A model generated the notes under the pieces. The model was not told the origin of the DNA. It searched no databases and worked only from the letters and a program-made list of their open reading frames with translations. A DNA stretch of 32,000 nt from Flavobacteriaceae bacterium (GTDB lineage: Bacteria; Bacteroidota; Bacteroidia; Flavobacteriales; Flavobacteriaceae): positions 3,360,001-3,392,000 of the forward strand of contig OZ245049.1 in NCBI GenBank assembly GCA_965224465.1. The letters are read 5' to 3'. Shown one piece after another: positions 9,501 to 18,500 of the stretch (position 1 is the stretch's first letter; every line of letters begins with the position of its first letter). The position numbers and the translations under genes were made by a program.

Positions 9501-12500
9501 AATACCTTAATAAAGAAGCTGTAAAAGAGAAAAAATGTAAAGGAACTATTACCATAAAACTTCCAAAAAATTTAAATGGAAATTCTTTGTCCTTCGCTTT
9601 GGACGATGGAATTGTTGGGAATGGAAAATATGATGCTATTCTTTCTGATGGTACTTATGTAACTACTGCTTTTAAACCCAAAAAAACTTTTCCAAAGTTA
9701 CTTGCGGGAAAGTATACCTTGGTTGTACGTATTAAAAAAGGTGAATCTACTTGTTATTTCAAGGAGGGAATTGAGATTAAAGAGCCTAAAAATAAAATGT
9801 GGGGTGAATTACTTTTGATGAAAAATTCTTGTAACACTAGCGCATGTTTGTGGATAAATGATGTGTCAGAAATTATACTACAAGGTGGAGTTAGGCCGTT
9901 TAAATATTCAATTGATGGAAAGGATTATCAGAAAAGTCGAAATTTCCCTAAAGATTTTTATAAGATACCTGCTCCTAAGGGGCTACCAGCTGGGGATTAT
10001 TACGGTTATATTAAAGATGCGAATGGCTGTGTATTTAAAACTAAGAAATTAACCGTAAAAAAATTGACACCTCCTACAGATCTTACGTTTACGGAGACTA
10101 CAATCACTTGTCCTTCTAAAACAACGGATGTTACTATTAGTGATGTTGATGGTGGTGTAGCACCATATACGTATAAAATTATTTCACCAGTTGCAAATAA
10201 ATTGGATAATAAGGGCGAAAAGGTATTTAAAGAATTGTCGTCTGGTACATATATGTTTAAGGTAACGGATAAAAATAAATGTTCGTATAAAGAATCGTAT
10301 ACTGTTAATTCCATCAAGAGTATTTCTGTTACTGGCGTTGTTGATAATGATGTAATATGTAAAGGAACAGCAACAGGAAAGGCTACGTTTACTGTAACTG
10401 GGATAACAGATACGTACAGCTACTTTATTGATAAAAAACATAAGGAGGATAAAATCATAAAATCGAAAATTATTACTTCAGGGCTTTCGGCGGGTAAGCA
10501 TACGATAAAAGTGACGGATGATACCACAAAATGTACCGATACATTAGAGGTCACGATTAAGGAACCATCTAAAAAAATTAGTATATCTTTAAAAGTGAAG
10601 CCTGCTATTACTTGTAAGACAGATGCTACTATTACAGTCACTGCTTCTGGGGGGGCAGGTAGTTTTGAATATAAATTAAAAGCCCCTAAAGGTATTATTA
10701 CGAGGTATAGTAAGTATAGTAACATTAGTGTTTTTACAGACATAAAGAAAGGAACTTATACAATATATGTAAAAGATGGAAAAAGGTGTGTTTCTGAAAA
10801 AACTATTAAAATCAAACCTGCAATTAAACCTACAGTTACTATAAGTGCAAATACAAAATGTTATACTTCAAAAAATAAAGTAACTATCACAGCTGTTGGG
10901 AAAGGAACGTCTCCTTTTTCCTATTCATTAAAAGGTAAAGTTTATCAAAAATCAAATATTTTTAAAAGCAATGAACCTGGTGATTATACGGTCACTGTAA
11001 AAGATAAAAATGGATGTACTGGAGCTTCTTTACCATTAACAGTTTATCCAGAAATTAAAATTACTGTTAAATTCTCAAGTATTACAGCTTGCGGTAGTTC
11101 TACAAATATTACCATTACAGCCATTGGCGGTGATGGTACGTACACTTATGCTATTGTAAAAATGGGGATCAAACCTTTAGATACTGATTTTAGTGCTACT
11201 ATGCCGATAGCTATTACTGGGAAAGGAATCTATGATGTATATGTAAAAGACAGTAAAGGCTGTAAGGCTTTTGAGAAAGTGACAGTGACTAAAGATCCTG
11301 CATTATCCGTAACTGTAATAGCAGAATCTATTAAGTGTAGTGGTGATGTCACAACACTTAAGGCTACTGCTGTTGGTGGTAAAAAGGAATATACGTATAG
11401 TTTACTTGATGCGGATAAGAAATTAATTGGTTCTTCTCAAAAAGATGCAACTTTTAAAAAGATTACTAAAGGGAGTTATTTTGTTCGTATATCAGATAAA
11501 AACTCTTGTACTGCTACTTCCATTAGAGTAGATGTTACGGAGCCCATTTTTTTATCAGCAGCTGTAGGAGTTACAGAATTAGTTTCTTGTAATAACAATT
11601 TGAAAGCAGAAGTACGCATTGCAAATGTTTCAGGTGGGACTCCATTTGCATCACCTAACCTGTATCGTTATAGTTTTGATAATGAAACAACATATATAAC
11701 ATCTAATACCCAAAAGTTACCTGTAGGGATGCATACCGTGTTTGTAAAAGATAAGAATGGTTGTAAATTTTCTATGGAGGTAGAAGTGGCTGCCAAATTA
11801 ACTGCGCCGGATTATACAAAAAGCTTGACATATAGTTGTTCGGGTAAAGGTGTTTTTAATGTTGTACCCGTTGATCCAAAAGGTTTATTTAGCTATACAT
11901 ACACTATAGATGGAGGGAAAAGTTTAAAACCAAATTATAAAAAAATAGGTCATCAATTCACTGGGCTTAAACCCAAAAAGTACACAGTGGAAATGAACTA
12001 TACTTCCTTGTCAACTCCTACAAAAAGTGTGTTGTTTCGAGAAACTTTTGGTACTGGAGCTAATACAACAAATACGAATGTTGGACCTGCATATTGTTAT
12101 GAGCCTCAAGACGGAACAGGTAGCTGTAACTTCGGGAGAAGTATTAATGATGGAGAATATTGTGTGACACAGGTGGTAGCAGATCCGTTTGGAACGTGGC
12201 TTAGTCCCAATGATCATACAAAAGATGTGAATGGAAGGTTTTTGGTGATTAATATTGGCAATACTGTTGGTGCTAATGGTATTATCTATCAACAAGCTGT
12301 TACTGATGTTATTCCAAATAGAGATATTACAGTTCAATTATCTGCTTTCAATCTTTTGAAGTCTACTGTAACAGGTCAAGCAGATCCTAATATTGTAGTA
12401 CAATTAACGGATGCTCAAGGAAATGTTTTGAGAGATGCATCTAATAATCCTATTCAAAAAGCTACGAAAGACATCCCTAAAAACAAAGGGGTAGATGACT

Positions 12501-15500
12501 GGAATGATTATGCTATGAAGTTAAATCCTGGTTCAAACACAGCTTTTAAAATTGTAATTCGTTCGAATTCCATAGTGATTATGGGTAATGACATTGCCAT
12601 AGATGATATTTTGGCTTTCCAAGAACCAAAACAATGTCCTAGGACTATTGAGTTGGAGTTTGAAGTGAAAAAAGACAAAGAATTTAAAGTTTCTATAAAT
12701 AAATCTAAGGATGTTACTTGTAATGGAGGGAAAGATGGAAGTATCACCTTTGGTGTGGAAAACTTTGATCCGTTACTAGGGTATAAATATAAGACGAAGA
12801 GTGGTTCTTGGAGTAAAGCTCAGTTTTCAAATTCTTTAAAAGTGTCGAATTTAGCTGCTGGTAATCACAAAGTCTCTTTTGAGTATATAGAAGCGGATAA
12901 GTCAAAAGGTTGTGTAGTAGTATCCAAGTCAAAAACGATAGAAGAACCTACAGCAGTGGTTGCGAGTGCAAAGATTGATGTAGATTACACGTGTTCTAAT
13001 ACGGGAGCTACCATTTCTGCAAGTGCAACAGGTGGAGGAGGTTCTTATCAATATCAATTAGAAAATCTAAAAGGAGGTATAATTAAAGTTTATCAAACTA
13101 AAGATAAGTTTCCCGATATTGCTACTGGATCTTATATGGTACGTGTAAAAGACGGAAATGAGTGTGAAGATGTAATAGATAAACAAATAGATATCGCAGC
13201 GCCTACTCCAATTAAATTTACGTTGGTTCAAACAAAATGTTACAAGGGTGATAATAAAGGAAGTATAGTTGTTACGGTAACTGATGGAAATGGAACCTAT
13301 GAGTTCAGTAGGAATGGGACTTCTTTTTATAAACCAAATTCATCTACTCCTTTAACTTATGCTTTTAAAGATTTAGCTTCAGGAGACTATACGATCACGG
13401 TTCGTGATAAATATGGATGTTCAATCTCTAAGGATGTTACTATCAAATCTGGATTATCCGCATCGGCAGGATTAGTCAAAGATATTGAATGTAAAAAGCC
13501 AACTAAAGGTAAAATTAAGATCACTTCGAATGGAGGTGCTGGAACTAAAACGTACAAATGGTCTGATGATGCAGGTGTAACGTGGAATGGTTCTAATATT
13601 TCCTCTACTTCTAAAGGCGTATTCTTTACCTACGGTACTGCTGGAAGTTATATATTTAAAGTTACAGATGCTTCAAAATGTGAAGTAACTACTAAAAAGA
13701 TTGATCTTACACTTCCAATTCAACCTGAGTTTACACTAAGTCCTACGGATGTGTTGTGTAATGGAGATAATACAGGGTCTATTAAGGTTACAATTGACAC
13801 GTCTAAAGGACGGGAACCGAAGGTTAGTAAGGTGTATAATATCACTTTAAGTAAGGACTTAGGTGTTGTAAAAGATAACTTACTAGCGGGTAAATATCGT
13901 GTTACCGTAACGGATAAGAAAGGTTGTTCTTTTGAAAAGAGTATAACTATTTCTGAACCAAAAAAGATAGCAGCTACTGTTGTTGTAAATGCAATACATT
14001 GTGTTAATGGAAAGGCTGATAGTACTGGTAGTATAGAAATAAATAATATTAAAGGAGGAACTGCTCCATATACGTTTGATATTACTTCCAGTACTTCTGG
14101 ATATACGAATAGCTATAAGACTACAGCTAGTGAAAACCATATATTTAGTGACTTGAGTTTCGGAAGTTATAACATTGTAATTACAGATTCGAATGGTTGC
14201 GAAATAAAGATAGATGATAAAAAAATGTCTTCACCTCCAGACGCTTTGGATATTGATGTTTCTGCGGCTATAGTGGATTGTAAAAAAGGAGGTTCAGTCA
14301 CTGTTACTGTTGGAGCTAAGGTTATAGGTGCAAAATATAAATTTGGGATATTAACTATAACTAAAGTTCCTTATGCTTCTAAATTTCATTTTGCAAATAG
14401 TTCAACTCCTAGAGCATTTACATTTGATGGCTTAACACCTGGAGTAAAATATACTTTTGTGGTACAGGATATAGGTAATAAGTGTTATTATTTTAAACAG
14501 ATGACTGTTGCAATTGTTTCACCTTCAGGTATTACTTCAACGATTACTCCACATCCAGTAACGTGTACAGGAAGTGATGATGGTACATTTGATTTTACTG
14601 TAAAAAATTATGCGATTGGTGCGACTTCTGTAGATTGGATTGTAAAAAATGTATTTACAAACACGGACTACTCGCCAGTAATTAGTGGTACTCTAAATGT
14701 GAATCCTCCTATTCCTGGGACAGGAGTAAGCGTTACAGGAAAAAGAGATTTGCCTCCTGGGAAATACTATATATTATTTACAGAAAATAAAGGTGCAAAT
14801 ACTGAATGTACAAAAGTATCGAATGAATTTGAAATAAAAGAATCAACAAATTCATTAAAAATCACTGCCAAACTTGACAAAAATGAGAACTGTAATGATA
14901 AAGGAATAATTAAAGCAACAGCAACGTTTGGAACTTCTCCTTATACCTATCAAATACAATTAAGTACGGATCCAATTCCGACGTTTTCGAAATGGACAGG
15001 AGTAAATACCAACGGAGAATTTAAAAAGGCAAAAGGAACTTACAAGGTGTTTGTAAAGGATGCTTTTAATTGTATCCAAGTTTCGTCTGACGTGATTGTT
15101 GGCTTAGACCCTTCACCTGTCATTACGGCAACACCTGATTATAAAGACTGTCCTAGCGAAGGGAGCTTTAAAGTAAGTATCAAATTGAATACTGCTGGAA
15201 CTCCCCCTTATACCATTCAAATTAATGGAGGGGCTAAGATTTCTGTTTCATTTGATAGCTCAAAAACGTATGTTAAATCAGGACTCAGTTCAGGAAAAAA
15301 TACATTTGAAGTGTTTGATGCCAATGGATGTAGTGAAAAGCCTATAGAAGTAATTATTACAGCACCACTCGAATTTGATGTGACGGTATCTAAATTATTA
15401 GATTGTTCAACATCTCCTAATGCCGAAATAAAAATTACTGGTTTAGTTGGTTCTGGAAAATATACCTACGAAATTGTGGGTGTGGAAACTGGAGCAAACA

Positions 15501-18500
15501 ATCAAGTTGCAGGTACGCTTTTAGGCTCGACACCTACAATTTGGAAGCAGGCTAATATTAAAAGTGAATATAAAATTACAATTAAAGATTCGAATACAGG
15601 TTGTTCTGTTACTAAATCAGTATTTGTAAATGATAAAATAAAGCCACTTGTGGATTCTTCTCAAGGAACAGATGTTACTTGTAGTGGGGTTAACGATGGA
15701 AGTATTAGTATTACAGCCAAGAATAATGGTGTAAAAACGTTTACTTTTGAAATTACGGCGCCTCGTTCTATTGCAGCTACTACTTCGAATGGTCTAACTG
15801 CTACTTTTAATAAGTTAGAAGGAAGTGCCACTGGGATAGTTTATACAGTTAAGATTACAGGAGCTAACGGATGTGTTACAAATAAAAAGGTGACTATTAA
15901 AGAACCAAGCCTTGTTAGTATCGATCAAATTGATATGATTCAGTTTGGATGTACAACAGGAAATTCACCTAATACAGCAAGCATTACCGTAGTTAAGGTA
16001 ATAGGTGGTAATGGAGGTAGTGCTGGTACGTATACTAAGATAGAATTTTTTAATTCTGATGGAGATCCGGTTCAAAGTGGCAAAAATAATACGTTGAAGA
16101 TACTGTATGATACTGCCAAGGATTCCTATGATGTTGATATGGGAACAAAAACACCAGGAGAGTTTACGATCAATGTTTACGATAGTAAGGGATGTAAGGC
16201 TACAAGTACTCGGACAATCAAACCTTTTGATGCGATTAAGAGTGTAAGTGTTAAAGTTGTAGAATCAATTTCTTGTAAGAATAACGGAGAGAATATTAAA
16301 ATAAATGTAGTGTCTTCTAATAGTGACTTTACAAAATTTAAGTATTCAGACGATAATGGAACTACATGGAAAGACTCAAATAAGTTTAATGATTTAAAAG
16401 TAGGAATACATTATTTCCTTGTGAGACATAAGGGTACCAATTGTGTATTTCCTATAAATCATCAGGTGAAAGAACCCAATACCTTTACGCCTAGAGTTAA
16501 GATTGTAAGTCAAGTAAATTGTAAAGCAAGTACTACTGGTGAAGTTACTTTTGAATTGGAGGATGCTTTGTATTTAAAAGGGTTTACTTGGGAGGTATTT
16601 GATACCAAAGGTACTTTAGCAGATGTTATCGATGATACTTTTGTAAAGAAGGGAACTGAAGCTGCAAATGGACCAACAGCTATTGTGAAAATTGCTGCAG
16701 GATCTTATTATGTGGTTATAACACAATCAAAAATACCGACTTGTAATAATAAAGTGTATTTCACAATTAACGAACCTGCTTTGGTGTTGTCGGGAACGCG
16801 CACTTTCAACCCTATCACCTGTGCAGGGAATGATGGAAAAATAACAATTTCGCCAAAAGGTGGGTGGAAAGAGTATCAATATTATATTGGAGATAAAGCT
16901 CCAAGTGCTACGTCTTGGGTTTCAACGTCTTCTTTTACCGGATTGGATGTAGATACGTACCAAGTATGGCTTAGAGATAAGTTAGAATGTGAGGTGCAAC
17001 TACCAGATGTTGTTTTGAAAAATCCTACAGCCATTACCGCTACCTTAGATATTACTAATTCAAATTGTTTAGGAACAAATGGTGCTGTTAAGGTGATTAA
17101 TGTTGCTGGAGGAGCTGGTGTTAATTATAAATATCAACTATATAGAAATGGAATTAAATTAGGAGATGCACAATCAAGTCCTGTTTTTGGGAATTTGACT
17201 GCAGGTTCTTATCATGTAGATGTTACTGATTCGTGGTCTTGTAAAGGGAGGACAGGTAAAGATATCAAATTGTATGAGGTCTTAGTTCCTCGTATTAAAG
17301 TGGTAAAGGAAATTGATTGTTCGACCACTAATTCTGGTGGATCATTAACTGCTTCTGTTACGGGTGGTTCTGGAAAGTTCAACTATAAGATAACCTTACC
17401 AGATAATTCAACGCGTAGCAATACTACAGGTGTTTTTACTAGCTTAGGTCTTGTTGGAACGTATACGATTGGCGTGACAGATACTCAGACGAAGTGTAGT
17501 ATTAGTAAGACTGCGACGTTAGCCTTGCCATCTACTGTTGAGCTGCTACCTTCTACTGTTACAAATGTAAAATGTTATGGAGGTGCTAACGGTACAATTA
17601 CCGTGAATATGGATGTGGCAACAGCCACTACAAATAACGAGCCTGCTTATACATATCAAATTATTGCGGGACCTCAACTTGTAGCGCTTCAAAACAGTCC
17701 TGTTTTCACAGGCTTGCTAAAAGGGACTTATAAGATTCGTGTTGTTTCTTCTAAGAAATGTGAAGCGATCATAACAGAAGATGTTAAAGAGCCTGTTGTT
17801 TTATCAGTAAAAGCATCAGCAACTACCTTTGCTTGTACTTCGAATAATTCAACCAATACGGTGGTTTTAACCGCGGTTGCTGCGAATGGGACTGGGGATT
17901 ATTTGTATAGTATAAATGATGTAGATTTCAGAAGTTCAAATACGTTTGATATTGTGGATACAGGAATAGATCAAAAGATCACAGTATTTGTAAAAGATAA
18001 CAATGCTTGTACTGCTGCAACCGTTACCCCTGTGGTTATAAAGACGTTGCCTTCCCTTATTAGTATTGTTGTTAGTCAGAATAAAGCGATATCTTGTAAG
18101 AATCCAGAAAATGTGATAGTGACTGTAGTTGGTGGGTCTGGTAATTTTACTTACGAATTACTGCCTGTAGGAACAAATACGAAGATTATCGTAAGCCCAA
18201 CTCAAGATTTTGACCTTTCAAGCACAGGTAGTTATACGTTTAAAGTGATTGATAATGTTACGGGTTGTTCAATTGTTTCAGCTCCTTATGATGTGGCTTC
18301 GTACGATGTTATTTCAGTGGAGACACTTGCGACACAGTCTTCCAAATGTTTTGGAGACACCAATGGGGCATTAGAATTTAAGGTGCTCAATTATACTGGC
18401 GACTTCTCATGGAGAGTTCAAAACCTTCAGGGAACCGTAGTTAGTACGGGGAATTCTAATACAGCGAAAAACCCTATAAAGGTTTCAAATTTAAAAGGAG

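Larger units (their letters stand above)
1..10640 (+). repeat. Tandem segmental-duplication unit, copy 1 (adhesin 3' block, sprF, terminator, orphan leader, U, leader, adhesin 5' block)
   Basis: Collinear with 16259-27245. The offset is 16258-16261 nt across the adhesin 3' block and sprF. It changes further on because of the IS insertion and deletions in copy 2. Confidence 0.85.

Noticed and set aside
7052-14140. Numerous 60-108 aa minus-strand and off-frame ORFs within G (for example 7052-7264, 8495-8821, 10006-10743, 12011-12337, 13883-14140), and similar ones in sprF and T
   Set aside because: All lie inside long, homology-supported + strand ORFs. Their peptides are Ile/Asn/Ser-rich nonsense typical of alternate frames in AT-rich DNA.
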